A stretch of 64,000 nucleotides of DNA, taken from positions 14,889 through 78,888 of the forward strand of contig JAKFXT010000015.1 in NCBI GenBank assembly GCA_021731245.1, written 5' to 3'. Below, one piece after another: positions 1-10,228 of the stretch. Within the stretch, counting starts at the first letter, position 1. Every line of letters starts with the position of its first letter. The DNA comes from Patescibacteria group bacterium. Lineage in GTDB: Bacteria; Patescibacteriota; Minisyncoccia; Phycocordibacterales; JAKFXT01. The notes beneath the pieces were generated by a model. That model saw only the letters and a list, made by a program, of their open reading frames with translations. It did not search any database and was not told where the DNA came from. The translations under genes were made by a program, and so were the position numbers.

Positions 1-850
1 CTATTTATTTTTAAGTCAAAAAGAAGATAGAGAAAAATATTTTTTTGGTTTAGCGCTTCTCCTCACTCCTTTTTTGACTTTGAATCAACAGATTCTCACG
101 GGCAAAGTTATGCAACCAGCGCATTACCATTGGTATTTTCACAGGACAATTGCTGTAATCTTGGTTTTAGCGACAATTTTTTATCTTTTCAATCGATATG
201 GTTTACATTTATATAAAAAAATATTAGCAGTTCTTATTATTGTTATTAGTATGTCTATTGGCTCATTTGTCCAAATGACTTCTTACTATCAAGACCAAGG
301 AGATGGACTTTATGGGGCTCTTAAAGAACAGAAGTATTCCCCAGTTATGAGTTGGTTAAACGAAAATGCAGAGAAAGAATCTGTTGTTTTAGGCACAGAT
401 GTTCCCTCGTTACTTACAACGATTTATACTCCACTTAATGTTTTTTATCACAGGGGGGGAATGCTGACTCTTCCTGCTACAAAAGAGAGGCTTATGGAAG
501 TAATGTTTACTTTTTATAGACTAAAAGGTGTTACAGGTGAAGTTGCTCGCGAAGCTTTTTTTAAGGATAGAGGAAATATTTCCTTAAATTTATACGCAAT
601 ACACTATCGTGATCTGATCGGATCTTATGAGGATATTCCGGATCAAGAAATCGAAGATTTCACTAAGGCCTATAAAGACACTCTTTCTATTTCTACTACA
701 GAGTGGCTGAAAAAAATGTTTATAAAATATGAAGTTGAATACATAATTTGGGACAAGATAGAAGATCCTTCTTGGGAGCTTGATAAGTATTCTTTTCTAA
801 AAAAGGAAGTCGATTTTGAAGGGGTTTCAATATATACATTTAATCCATGA
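1..850 (+). CDS. Membrane protein of glycan locus (5' truncated by window edge; possible GT-C-like)
   Basis: Frame open from base 2 to the stop at 850; hydrophobic helices followed by a soluble C-terminal domain (..YEVEYIIWD..); overlaps the GT4 start. Confidence 0.6.
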   Translation, partial: YLFLSQKEDREKYFFGLALLLTPFLTLNQQILTGKVMQPAHYHWYFHRTIAVILVLATIFYLFNRYGLHLYKKILAVLIIVISMSIGSFVQMTSYYQDQGDGLYGALKEQKYSPVMSWLNENAEKESVVLGTDVPSLLTTIYTPLNVFYHRGGMLTLPATKERLMEVMFTFYRLKGVTGEVAREAFFKDRGNISLNLYAIHYRDLIGSYEDIPDQEIEDFTKAYKDTLSISTTEWLKKMFIKYEVEYIIWDKIEDPSWELDKYSFLKKEVDFEGVSIYTFNP

Positions 851-2091
851 AGGTAGTTTTTTTACAAGATGATTTTCCTCCAGAAAGTTTTGGAGGAGCT
901 GGTATTTCTACTTTTGAAATTGCTTTGCAGATGAAGAAGTGTGGCCATGAAGTTTCTGTCATTACTACTTGCAGAAAAAAGGATGATGTTGGAGAAGGGG
1001 AGTACGAAGGATTAAAAGTTTTTAAGATACATAGTAATTATCATGAGAGATGGCGTGCCTATAAAAGTCTATATAATAGAAAAGTTGTAAAAGGACTAGA
1101 AAAGAAACTAGAAGAAATAAAACCTGACTTAGTTCACGTTAATAATGTTCATTTTCATCTCTCCTACCATTCTATAAAAGTGGCTAAAAAATATGCGAGT
1201 GTAGTTATTTTTACTGCACGTGATGTAATGTCTTTCAACTATGGAGGACTAAAGACAAGACGTTTCTTGGAACATTTTGATTATAAAACTACCTGGATAG
1301 ACCATTTACGACAAGCGGGGAAGAGGTGGAATCCTTTGCGTAATATTATAATTAAAAATTATTTAAAATATGCCGATAAAATTCTTGCTGTTAGCGATGC
1401 TTTAAAAGAAGCTCTTAATAAAAATGGTATTAATAATGTGGAGGTGTTGCGCACAGGCATTGATGTAAGTAGGTGGACCTTGGATGAAGAAAAGATAATA
1501 AAGTTCCGCAAAAAATATAATTTAGAAAATAAGAAGATAGTTTTTTTTGGTGGTCGTCTAAGCGAGGCCAAGGGAGGGGGGAAAATAATTCAGACAATTG
1601 CTAGAGTTTCTGAAAAAGTTCCAAACACTGTTCTTTTGGTGGCAGGTAAGACTGATTCTTATGTAGATAAAATGAAACACAGTGGTGACAAGTTGTCTTT
1701 GCAAGATAGGATTGTTTTTACAGGATGGATTTCTGGGGATGAACTTAAGGCCGCCTATCACGCAAGTGATGTTGTGTGCGTACCAACTCTTTATTTCGAT
1801 TCTTTACCAAGAACAGTTATTGAAGGTATGGCAGTAGGTAAGCCTGTTATTGGCACTTGCTTTGGCGGTGCAAAAGAAGCCATTGAGGACTCTGTTACTG
1901 GTCATGTAATTAACCCTTTCAATGTTCAGGATTTGGCGGAGCGTATAGAAGAAATTCTCTTGGATGAAGAAAAGGCAAAACGTCTTGGAGAGGCTGGCCT
2001 AGAGAGAGTGAAAACTAAATTTAATATCGATGATAAGGTGAATCAGGCGATTTCTTTATATAAAGAGTTAAGCGCTCAAAAAAACCGATAG
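847..2091 (+). CDS. Glycosyltransferase family 4 (GT-B)
   Basis: FPPESFGGA N-terminus, GRLSEAKG, DSLPRTVIEGMAVGKPVI motif. Confidence 0.9.
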   Translation: MKVVFLQDDFPPESFGGAGISTFEIALQMKKCGHEVSVITTCRKKDDVGEGEYEGLKVFKIHSNYHERWRAYKSLYNRKVVKGLEKKLEEIKPDLVHVNNVHFHLSYHSIKVAKKYASVVIFTARDVMSFNYGGLKTRRFLEHFDYKTTWIDHLRQAGKRWNPLRNIIIKNYLKYADKILAVSDALKEALNKNGINNVEVLRTGIDVSRWTLDEEKIIKFRKKYNLENKKIVFFGGRLSEAKGGGKIIQTIARVSEKVPNTVLLVAGKTDSYVDKMKHSGDKLSLQDRIVFTGWISGDELKAAYHASDVVCVPTLYFDSLPRTVIEGMAVGKPVIGTCFGGAKEAIEDSVTGHVINPFNVQDLAERIEEILLDEEKAKRLGEAGLERVKTKFNIDDKVNQAISLYKELSAQKNR

Positions 2092-3234
2092 AGTTTCTTC
2101 GGTGGCTTTTTTCCAAGAAAATATTTTGGCACGCTCGTATCCTTTTTGAATTAAATTTTTGCGTAAATTATTATCTGTCAAAACTTTCTCTATTTCTTTT
2201 GCAAGATTTTCTGCATTATTTGTTTCAAATAAAATTCCAGCATCACCAACGACTTCCGCTATACTCGTGTTATTGGCAGCAATTACCGGCAGTCCATTTT
2301 GGAAGGCTTCTATTATGGGAAGGCCAAAACCTTCAAAGTTAGATGGAAAAACTAATGCCTTTGCTTGTTTATAAAGTGAAGAAAGATCTTTATCTCTTAC
2401 ATACCCTAAAAATAACACTCGATCTTTTAAATTTTCTGACTCCGCAATCAATTCTAAATCTTTTTTAAATAACCCACCCTTACTCATGCCTGTGAACACT
2501 AAACATAATTGAGGAAAACGATTTTTTAGAATTCCCAATGCTCCAATAAGGATTTTGTGATTTTTATGTGGCCACAGGGCAGCCGGATACAATAGAAAAT
2601 CTTTGGGGGCGGGGAAAGGGGTTGGCTCGGAATCTATTTTTTGTGGACCAAAATAAATCACTTTTATTTTTTCTGGAGAAATTTTATATTTATCCTCGAG
2701 ACTTTTTTTAGTATAGTTTGATATTGCTATTAAACGACTTGAGTTTTTAGTTGCGTATAAACAGTCACTCCTTCTTTTTTCAAGGTATTTAGGTAAAAAA
2801 TTCTCTGGGAAGTATTCAAATTGAAGATCTAGTATAGTTGTTACGAACTTAATATTTTCAAGCCCTTGAGGGTATATTGTTTGGGCAGGTGAAAAATAAA
2901 TACTCACATTATTTTTCTGTAAGTAATCAGCAACTTCTTCCTTGATAATACCTTCGCGAAGAGAATAATTGCGTCTTATTTTTGCCCATAATTTTCTCGT
3001 AGCTCTAAAAGGACTTAAGAAAAAATCACGTTTTATGCTGACTGAATAGAATTTAATATTTGGGAGGTTGCCATATAAAGATTTAAAGTAACCAATACTT
3101 TCCGGTTCTCCTATAAGGTAATAGGAATTATTTTTATCAATTTCAAAAAGAGAGGGGAGAATATTTTGAATGTAGACAAAGGCACCAGTAACACTTTTGG
3201 GAGAAGTCAGAAAAAGATTTACAGCTATTTTCAT
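2068..3234 (-). CDS. Glycosyltransferase family 4 (mannosyltransferase-like)
   Basis: PHKN, FPSNFEGFGLPIIEAFQNGLPVI motif. Confidence 0.9.
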   Translation of the reverse strand: MKIAVNLFLTSPKSVTGAFVYIQNILPSLFEIDKNNSYYLIGEPESIGYFKSLYGNLPNIKFYSVSIKRDFFLSPFRATRKLWAKIRRNYSLREGIIKEEVADYLQKNNVSIYFSPAQTIYPQGLENIKFVTTILDLQFEYFPENFLPKYLEKRRSDCLYATKNSSRLIAISNYTKKSLEDKYKISPEKIKVIYFGPQKIDSEPTPFPAPKDFLLYPAALWPHKNHKILIGALGILKNRFPQLCLVFTGMSKGGLFKKDLELIAESENLKDRVLFLGYVRDKDLSSLYKQAKALVFPSNFEGFGLPIIEAFQNGLPVIAANNTSIAEVVGDAGILFETNNAENLAKEIEKVLTDNNLRKNLIQKGYERAKIFSWKKATEETLSVFLSA

Positions 3235-3890
3235 TATTTTTTATAACCAATGGCTATAATATTTCCAGAAAACATTAAGGGGTATTCTGAGCCAAGGAGT
3301 TTTGCTAATATTTTTTGTCCCAACTTGATAAAAGGGTTTCGTCTCATAGGTTGATACATTATTTTTATATTTCCGAATCCAGCAATACTCAATATCTGAA
3401 TTAGGAGTTTTCGGCTGAAAGCAAATTCATGAGTCAAATCAGAAAAGAGGGTTTTGACGCCAAGTGGACTATCAGCATTTGGAACTTCAATTATAAAAAA
3501 GCCACCAGATTTTACTTTTTTATTTATAAGATTTATAAGGTACTGCACCTTATCTTTTTTAATATGCTCGACAATGTTGAAAGCGGTAATAATATCAAAA
3601 TGATTGTCGTTTTTTGATTCTAGGAAATTGAACACATCTCCTTGAATAATGTTTTTTAAATCAAGTTCTTTGTTTGCATAGTTAACGAATTTATCAATTT
3701 GCTCTACGCCTTCATAATTTACATAGCCTAATTTTTTGCAAGTATCTAAGAAAAGTCCATAACCACATGCCAAATCAACTATTTTTATAGACCTGTCTTT
3801 AGGGAAAAAGGGGTCAATAAATCTCGTTTTATATTCAATGAATCTCCTTTTTTTTAATGCCTCATCAGGTTGGGAATAGAATTCTTCCAC
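3234..3890 (-). CDS. Class I SAM-dependent methyltransferase (start GTG 3890 preferred; ATG 3962 is the alternative)
   Basis: VDLACGYG, FDIITAFNIVEH, EVPNA, DLTHE; GTG directly follows the repeat arm, as at three other genes. Confidence 0.8.
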   Translation of the reverse strand: MEEFYSQPDEALKKRRFIEYKTRFIDPFFPKDRSIKIVDLACGYGLFLDTCKKLGYVNYEGVEQIDKFVNYANKELDLKNIIQGDVFNFLESKNDNHFDIITAFNIVEHIKKDKVQYLINLINKKVKSGGFFIIEVPNADSPLGVKTLFSDLTHEFAFSRKLLIQILSIAGFGNIKIMYQPMRRNPFIKLGQKILAKLLGSEYPLMFSGNIIAIGYKK

Positions 3891-3996
3891 CCCATTAGAA
3901 AGTTTTACTGATGATGTTTTATCATCTTTTGATTTATTCTCTTCGTCTTCAATTATTATCATATTTTTAAGTTTTGATGACTTTCTAACGGGACAA
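3888..3996 (-). repeat. Start-codon-linked inverted-repeat element, copy 1
   Basis: Minus strand TTGTCCCGTTAGAAAG (3996-3981) ... CTTTCTAATGGG-GTG (3902-3888). Confidence 0.8.
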
Positions 3997-4015
3997 GTAA
4001 TTTTTCTAGTATGGG

Positions 4016-4876
4016 TTATTTAGTAATTAGAATGCAAGCAATGGCGGAGGCAGCAGCCGGCAAACTCGAGTCTTTTTTTGCCCGATCAGAAGTTATATAT
4101 TCAGCAGTAGAAGATGGTTCCTCGGCACATATTTGCCAGCCATTATTAGTATACTTATAAAATGTAATTTGGCATTTGTCGGTACCAAAAGTAGATATTA
4201 TTTTATTTATCATACTTTTATCAAACTGTTGGAAAAAACCGAAATTGTGATATTTCCCAAAGGGAACAGTTATTAATAGTTTTCCGTTTGGTTTTAACAC
4301 CCTTTTTAATTCATTTATAGCAATAAGATAATCTTCGGTTTTATTTTCTTTATATTTGGAATTGCTGGTATAAATTTCCGTATTATCCATACCAATGTGT
4401 TCAATGGTAGAAATAGAAGTGATTACATCAAAGTAGTCAGAAGTGAATGGAAGATTACGTAAATCATCAAATATATAAGATATACCTAGATGCCAAAAAC
4501 AATTTGCCTCCGGATTTAAAGTAACAATTGTAGTTTTTTTATTCTTTATTTTTTCATGCGAAAGTATCGCTTCGAAGTTTAAAGCTGACCCAGCATCCAA
4601 CAACTTCGCTGGTTCTTTGTTTATGTGAGATAGCATCCAAGGGTATTCAACAACGCGCTCATCTATTCCAATGCCAAAATTTGCCGGTAAGAGATCTTTT
4701 TTTATGAAAAGCTGAATAATTTCGTGGTCATTGATATATTTTTTAATCATTTTCCACTTATATTCAAAATACCCTCGACGCCATGGCTTTTGCCCATGCA
4801 ATTTATAGGAGATAAGGTTCTTTTGGTAAATCAAGTTTTTAGCAAGACGAAGGGATAGGCCGATTAGAGATTTCAT
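4016..4876 (-). CDS. SAM-dependent methyltransferase (DUF268-like)
   Basis: DERVVEYPW, LLDAGS, FDVITSISTIEHIG, LKPNGKLLITVP. Confidence 0.8.
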   Translation of the reverse strand: MKSLIGLSLRLAKNLIYQKNLISYKLHGQKPWRRGYFEYKWKMIKKYINDHEIIQLFIKKDLLPANFGIGIDERVVEYPWMLSHINKEPAKLLDAGSALNFEAILSHEKIKNKKTTIVTLNPEANCFWHLGISYIFDDLRNLPFTSDYFDVITSISTIEHIGMDNTEIYTSNSKYKENKTEDYLIAINELKRVLKPNGKLLITVPFGKYHNFGFFQQFDKSMINKIISTFGTDKCQITFYKYTNNGWQICAEEPSSTAEYITSDRAKKDSSLPAAASAIACILITK

Positions 4877-4991
4877 ATATGTATTATAATATACAGTGTA
4901 TCTATTATTAACTTTCTAGATTAAGTGACAAAGTGGCCATGTGTATGGTTATATACTAATTATAAGAAAAATTTTTAAATAATTCATAATT

Positions 4992-5945
4992 ATGCGTTGG
5001 AAAGTCCTCATGTCTAGTTCTCATATGCAGTCGCGGCTGAGCCAGTACCGTGATCTTTTGGAGAAAAATAATATAGAAGTTGATATTATTACTCGTCCAC
5101 AGTTCGTACCAGAAATTGATCTGCTCGATATTGTAGAGCCTTACCACGCTATTGTTTGTAGTGATGATGAGATTACTGATCGAGTCTTTACAAAAGCCAA
5201 GAATTTAAAATTAATTTCCAAATGGGGTGTAGGTATAAATAGTATTGATCTTGAGTCATCTAAGCGGCACGGTATCACTGTCTATAATTCACCAGGGGCT
5301 CTTTCAGAAAGTTGCGCAACGATGATTTTTTCTTATATGTTGCATTTTGCCCGCCGAGCAATTGATCAAGACAAATCAATTCGTAATGGTGAATGGAAAC
5401 ATGTACCGGGTATCGCACTTGCTGGTAAAACCATTGGTATTATTGGTGTTGGAGGTAATGGAAAGGCCGTGGCTAAACGAGCTGCCGCTTTTGATATGAA
5501 TATTTTAGGTTGTGACATTAAGGAAATAGACCCTGTTTTTTTACAAACCTACGGTATGTCCATGACTAGTAAAGAGGATCTTTTATCCCAGTCTGATTTT
5601 GTGGTACTAGAGCCAGATTTAAATCCTACAAGCTTCCATTTGATAGGGGCTACTGAACTTTCTCTAATGAAACCAACTGCCTTTCTTTTGAACACTTCTC
5701 GTGGTCCTGTTATTGATGAAAAAGCTTTAGTTAATGCTTTGCAGAATAAAATGATTGCTGGGGCGGGATTAGATGTTTTTGAAATTGAGCCACTACCAGA
5801 AAATAGCCCCTTACGCCAAATGGACAATGTCATTCTTACTCCTCACAACGCTTATAATACAGTCGAAGCAGAAAATTATGTCCATGACAATACAATAAAG
5901 AATTTAATTGAAGGTCTTAAAAAAGTATTGTCCAAACAAAAATGA
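4992..5945 (+). CDS. D-isomer-specific 2-hydroxyacid dehydrogenase (phosphoglycerate dehydrogenase-like)
   Basis: GIIGVGGNG Rossmann motif, NTSRGPVIDE, GAGLDVFEIEP, LTPHNA. Confidence 0.85.
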   Translation: MRWKVLMSSSHMQSRLSQYRDLLEKNNIEVDIITRPQFVPEIDLLDIVEPYHAIVCSDDEITDRVFTKAKNLKLISKWGVGINSIDLESSKRHGITVYNSPGALSESCATMIFSYMLHFARRAIDQDKSIRNGEWKHVPGIALAGKTIGIIGVGGNGKAVAKRAAAFDMNILGCDIKEIDPVFLQTYGMSMTSKEDLLSQSDFVVLEPDLNPTSFHLIGATELSLMKPTAFLLNTSRGPVIDEKALVNALQNKMIAGAGLDVFEIEPLPENSPLRQMDNVILTPHNAYNTVEAENYVHDNTIKNLIEGLKKVLSKQK

Positions 5946-6937
5946 AGGTTGTAAATATAGGATTGAGTACATCCTCATTTGGATACAGTATGGGTAATGC
6001 CGGTAAAAATACAGACAGGAAAAATACAAATCCTTGGACGATTGAGGATTTTGTTGACTTTACCAATCAGAATGGTTTTGGGGGCATTGAAGCACCTCTA
6101 ATGCGTTTTATTCCAAATTTAGAACGGGATCGCCTTAAAAAGTTGCGTGCCAAGCTTTTAGAGCGTGACATGTTTTTCATAATTGATTCTGAAGAAGCCC
6201 TTAATATTGAGCAAATAAAGACTCTCATGCCGATTGCTAAGGAATTCGGATCTCCTATTATTAGAATAAAAAGTAGCAATATTCTTGGTTGCGAGCGTAA
6301 AAAACTTGGTAAGTCCTGGAAAGAACATGTTGAGTCTTGTATATCTACATTGCGTGTCATAGCGCCAGATCTTCGAAGAGATCATTTAAAGATTGCCATT
6401 GAAAATCATCAAGACCTCGATTCAAATGATTTACTACAAATAATTGAGAGTGTGGGCGAAGATGTTGTTGGAGTAAATTTTGATATAGGTAACGCATTGT
6501 CCACCTGCGAAGATCCTTTAGAGTTTGCCAAAAAACTTGGTCCTTTTATTCTAAATATTCATTTAAAAGATTATAAGATTTTTAAGAGTGAAGATGGTTT
6601 TCGTCTTGCCCGTTGTCCATTAGGGGAAGGTTCTGTTGATTTTAAAAATGTACTATCAATTCTTGTTAAAAGTTCTCCGAATGTTAGAATGGTCGTTGAA
6701 CTTGGAGCCCTTGAAGCAAGAAATGTTGGCTGGATGAAGCCAGATTTTTGGCAGGAGATACAATCTCGCACACACTTAGAACTAATTCCCTTTTTTCAAT
6801 TACTCGAAGAGAAAGTAATACGAGATAAAGATCATTCCTGGAAGACACCCTGGGAGATGGGTGCAGAAGGGTCTAATGTGACTTTTTATGAGATCAACGA
6901 GTTGAAAACTAGTGTAAATTATTTATCAAAACTATGA
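5942..6937 (+). CDS. Sugar phosphate isomerase/epimerase (xylose-isomerase-like TIM barrel)
   Basis: IAIENHQD, VNFDIGN, NIHLKDY, PLGEGSVD, VELG metal motifs. Confidence 0.8.
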   Translation: MKVVNIGLSTSSFGYSMGNAGKNTDRKNTNPWTIEDFVDFTNQNGFGGIEAPLMRFIPNLERDRLKKLRAKLLERDMFFIIDSEEALNIEQIKTLMPIAKEFGSPIIRIKSSNILGCERKKLGKSWKEHVESCISTLRVIAPDLRRDHLKIAIENHQDLDSNDLLQIIESVGEDVVGVNFDIGNALSTCEDPLEFAKKLGPFILNIHLKDYKIFKSEDGFRLARCPLGEGSVDFKNVLSILVKSSPNVRMVVELGALEARNVGWMKPDFWQEIQSRTHLELIPFFQLLEEKVIRDKDHSWKTPWEMGAEGSNVTFYEINELKTSVNYLSKL

Positions 6938-7971
6938 AAGCCCTTGTACGATTTGACCCAAAACCCGAAACCCTAGAATTTCAAGAAGTAGCCAAGCCTT
7001 TGGTGGATGAGACACATGCAATTTTGCGAGTAGAGGCAGTGGGTATATGTGGCCGTGATTTGGAACACTTCCGTGAAGAACTTTCTCCAAATAAAGTCCC
7101 TTTTATTCCGGGCCATGAATTTTCTGGCACTATTATTGAATTACCTTCTGGTGTGGAAAATTTTAAAGTAGGAGACAGGGTTACCGCAGAAACTGTAGAT
7201 TCTGTATGTGGAAAATGTGATGCTTGTAAAAATGAAAATTATAATATATGCAAAAAAAGAAAAAATATTGGAGGGGGAATGAATGGTGCTTATGCTCCTT
7301 TTATAAAAGTGCCGCTCAAATATATTCATAAATTATCCGAAAATATGAGTTTTGAGGAAGGGGCAATGGTTGAACCAGTTTGCGTGACTTATAACGCAGT
7401 TCTTGTTAATAGTGATCCTAAAGAAGGTGAATTAACAGTAATAATTGGTGCTGGAACAGTTGGCCTTCTTTGTCTTCAGATGGCGAAATTACGTGACGCT
7501 AAAGTTGCGCTCATAGGATTGCCACAAGACGCTAGTAGAATGGAAGTTGGTAAAGAATTGGGGGCCGATTATTTAATTGATGCGACTGATGACCCAGTCA
7601 AAAAGATTATGGATATTACAAACCAAAATGGTGCCCCCCTTATCATTGATACTGTTGGTGGTTCGTCCAAAACCATTGATCAAGCTCTCGAAATGGTAAG
7701 TCCAGGCGGTCAAATTACAAAAGTTGGTTGGTTTATGAAAACTACCAACACTTCACTTGATACTTTAATTAGAAAAAATATTCGTCTTCAGGGTAGTTTT
7801 AGTCATACATATGATATGTGGGAAAAATGCATTGATTTGATTTCAAGTGGAAAAATTAATGTAAAAAAAATGATTTCTAAAACCCTTCCTTTAGAAAGAT
7901 GGCGAGAAGGATTTGAATTAGGTTTTAATCGTGAGGCTATTAAAGTTATTCTTAGACCAGGACAGGATTAA
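6934..7971 (+). CDS. Zn-dependent sugar/polyol dehydrogenase (MDR family)
   Basis: GICGRD, GHEFSG, CGKCDAC...C structural Zn site, GAGTVG. Confidence 0.9.
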   Translation: MKALVRFDPKPETLEFQEVAKPLVDETHAILRVEAVGICGRDLEHFREELSPNKVPFIPGHEFSGTIIELPSGVENFKVGDRVTAETVDSVCGKCDACKNENYNICKKRKNIGGGMNGAYAPFIKVPLKYIHKLSENMSFEEGAMVEPVCVTYNAVLVNSDPKEGELTVIIGAGTVGLLCLQMAKLRDAKVALIGLPQDASRMEVGKELGADYLIDATDDPVKKIMDITNQNGAPLIIDTVGGSSKTIDQALEMVSPGGQITKVGWFMKTTNTSLDTLIRKNIRLQGSFSHTYDMWEKCIDLISSGKINVKKMISKTLPLERWREGFELGFNREAIKVILRPGQD

Positions 7972-7972
7972 T

Positions 7973-8698
7973 ATGAGGCGTTTTATAAAAAGAATTTTAT
8001 ATAAACTAGCCGGGATTAAGGACCAACTATATCCAGTAAGACGAGAACATTTTTTCGATATCTTTTTTTCGATGGTAAATCACAGGGGTTTCTTTTTTGT
8101 CCAAATTGGTGCCTGTGATGGGAAGAGACACGATCCTATTTATCCATATGTAACGAATTATAATTTTGCGGGAATTGCTATCGAACCAATGCCACACGAA
8201 TTCAAGGAGCTTAAAAATAACTACAGAGACAATTCACGTGTTCAGTGTGTTAATGTGGCCATTGGGAAAGAAACCGGATCTTTTCCTTTCTACACTGTAA
8301 TTGATTCATACAAAAAGGATCCGTCATCAATTACCTCCGTCTCATCATTTGATATGGAAACTTTGAAGAAATGTATTATCGGAGACCTAAAAAAGAGAAA
8401 GGTCTACAATGTAAATCCAGACAAATATATTAAGGAAATATTAGTGAAGACTCTCTGCCTTAATGATTTAGTACGTATATATGACATCAAAAATATTGAC
8501 CTACTTCAAATTGACTGTGAGGGGTATGATTATGAAATATTAAAGACATTTGACTTTAGTAAATTTTCACCTAAAATTATTAATTTTGAGAGTGTTCACT
8601 TATCTGAAAGAGACTGGCAGGAATGTGAAAAATTGCTAAAATCAAAAGGATATACTTTTTTTAACAGTGGGAACGATACATGTGCCTATAAGTTATAA
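7973..8698 (+). CDS. FkbM family methyltransferase
   Basis: VQIGACDG, IEP, IDLLQIDCEGYDYEIL, INFE; ATG 7973 follows the upstream stop. Confidence 0.85.
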   Translation: MRRFIKRILYKLAGIKDQLYPVRREHFFDIFFSMVNHRGFFFVQIGACDGKRHDPIYPYVTNYNFAGIAIEPMPHEFKELKNNYRDNSRVQCVNVAIGKETGSFPFYTVIDSYKKDPSSITSVSSFDMETLKKCIIGDLKKRKVYNVNPDKYIKEILVKTLCLNDLVRIYDIKNIDLLQIDCEGYDYEILKTFDFSKFSPKIINFESVHLSERDWQECEKLLKSKGYTFFNSGNDTCAYKL

Positions 8699-8704
8699 GA
8701 TAAT

Positions 8705-9457
8705 ATGAAAGAGATGCAAACATTTTTAGGTAAAGTTGCCATCGTTACTGGTGGCGGATCCGGTATTGGCAAGGCCACTGCTAATTTATTTTTTGAACGC
8801 GGCGCATCAGTAGTTGTTGCAGGCCGCGGTGAAAAAATTAAAGCAACAGCCAAGGAGATTGATCCATCAGGCAAACGTGTTTTTGGAGTTGAACTCGATT
8901 TATCAAGAGAAGAAGAAGTTAAAAAAATGGTGGAAGAAACCATTAAGAAATTTGGTCAAGTTGATATTTTGGTCAATACGGCTGGTACTTCATCGGGTGG
9001 CAAAATTGATGAAATCACAGTTGAACAGTGGGATATGATAAATCGGAATAATGGTCTTGCAACATTTCTTTGCTGCAAATATGCGATTGCCGAAATGAAA
9101 AAAAGAAAGTACGGAAAAGTGGTCAATGTTTCTTCTATTGCTGGTCGTTTCCGTGGTATGACCTCTGGCCTCCATTATGCATACGCTAAATCTGGCATCA
9201 TCGGCTTTACTAGACAACTTGGTGCTGAGGTCGCTAAATTCGGCATTAACGTTAATGTTATGGCACCGTCACAAACAATGACCCCAATGCTTCGCGCGCT
9301 AATCAATGACGATATTGAAAAAGAACTTAATGCCAAAATTCCTCTTGGATATATCGCTAAGCCGGAACAACAAGCTGAGGTAATTCTTTTTCTTAGTTCC
9401 GATGCTGCAAGCTATATGGTTGGTGCTACTATTGACGTCAATGGAGGACAATTCTAG
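8705..9457 (+). CDS. Short-chain dehydrogenase/reductase (FabG-like)
   Basis: TGGGSGIG, NVSS, YAYAK, VNGG. Confidence 0.9.
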   Translation: MKEMQTFLGKVAIVTGGGSGIGKATANLFFERGASVVVAGRGEKIKATAKEIDPSGKRVFGVELDLSREEEVKKMVEETIKKFGQVDILVNTAGTSSGGKIDEITVEQWDMINRNNGLATFLCCKYAIAEMKKRKYGKVVNVSSIAGRFRGMTSGLHYAYAKSGIIGFTRQLGAEVAKFGINVNVMAPSQTMTPMLRALINDDIEKELNAKIPLGYIAKPEQQAEVILFLSSDAASYMVGATIDVNGGQF

Positions 9458-9478
9458 GATGTACACTTAATTATTAAT

Positions 9479-10228
9479 ATGAAAACAGTTGCCATTATTC
9501 CAGCTCGTATGGGGTCTTCACGCTTTCCTGGCAAGCCTCTCGTCGATATTCTCGGAAAAACTATGATTGAGCATGTTTGGTGTCGTACCAATATGTGTAA
9601 ACTTTTAGATGAGACTTGGGTGGCTACTCCCGATAAGGAAATTTTTGAAGTAGTAGAAAAATTTGGTGGAAAAGCAATTATGACTAGACCCGACCACATT
9701 ATGGCAATGGATCGTTTGGCTGAAGCTAATGAAACTATCAAAGCCGATCTTGTGGTCAATGTTCAGGGAGACGAACCCTTGATTTACCCAGATATGATAG
9801 AAGCCATAACCAAACCAATGCAGGAGGATGATTCTTATGCCTGTGGAACTTTAGTACAAAGAATAACCGATCTTTCCGAGATTGAAGATCGGAATCGTGT
9901 TAAAGTAGTTTGGGATCTTGTGGGTGATGCCTTGTTTTACTCTCGAGAGCCAATTCCTTCAAAGGCAAAAACCAAAATACCATTAGACTACTATAAAATG
10001 GTCTGTGTTTACCCGCTTCGTAAACAAAGTTTGCGTGATTTTAGCGACTGGGGCATGAGCCCACTTGAAAAAATAGAATCAATTGATCTTCTGCGCTTCC
10101 TTGAACACCGAACTAAAGTTAAGGTGGTCGAAACAGCACAAGAAACGTTCAACGTCGATACTCCTGAGGATTTGATTCGGGTGAGGGAAATAATGAAGAA
10201 TGATCCATTATTTAAAACATATAAATGA
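9479..10228 (+). CDS. kdsB: 3-deoxy-manno-octulosonate cytidylyltransferase-like (CMP-ulosonate synthetase)
   Basis: IIPARMGSSRFPGKPL, VNVQGDEP, YSREPIP, VDTPEDL. Confidence 0.85.
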   Translation: MKTVAIIPARMGSSRFPGKPLVDILGKTMIEHVWCRTNMCKLLDETWVATPDKEIFEVVEKFGGKAIMTRPDHIMAMDRLAEANETIKADLVVNVQGDEPLIYPDMIEAITKPMQEDDSYACGTLVQRITDLSEIEDRNRVKVVWDLVGDALFYSREPIPSKAKTKIPLDYYKMVCVYPLRKQSLRDFSDWGMSPLEKIESIDLLRFLEHRTKVKVVETAQETFNVDTPEDLIRVREIMKNDPLFKTYK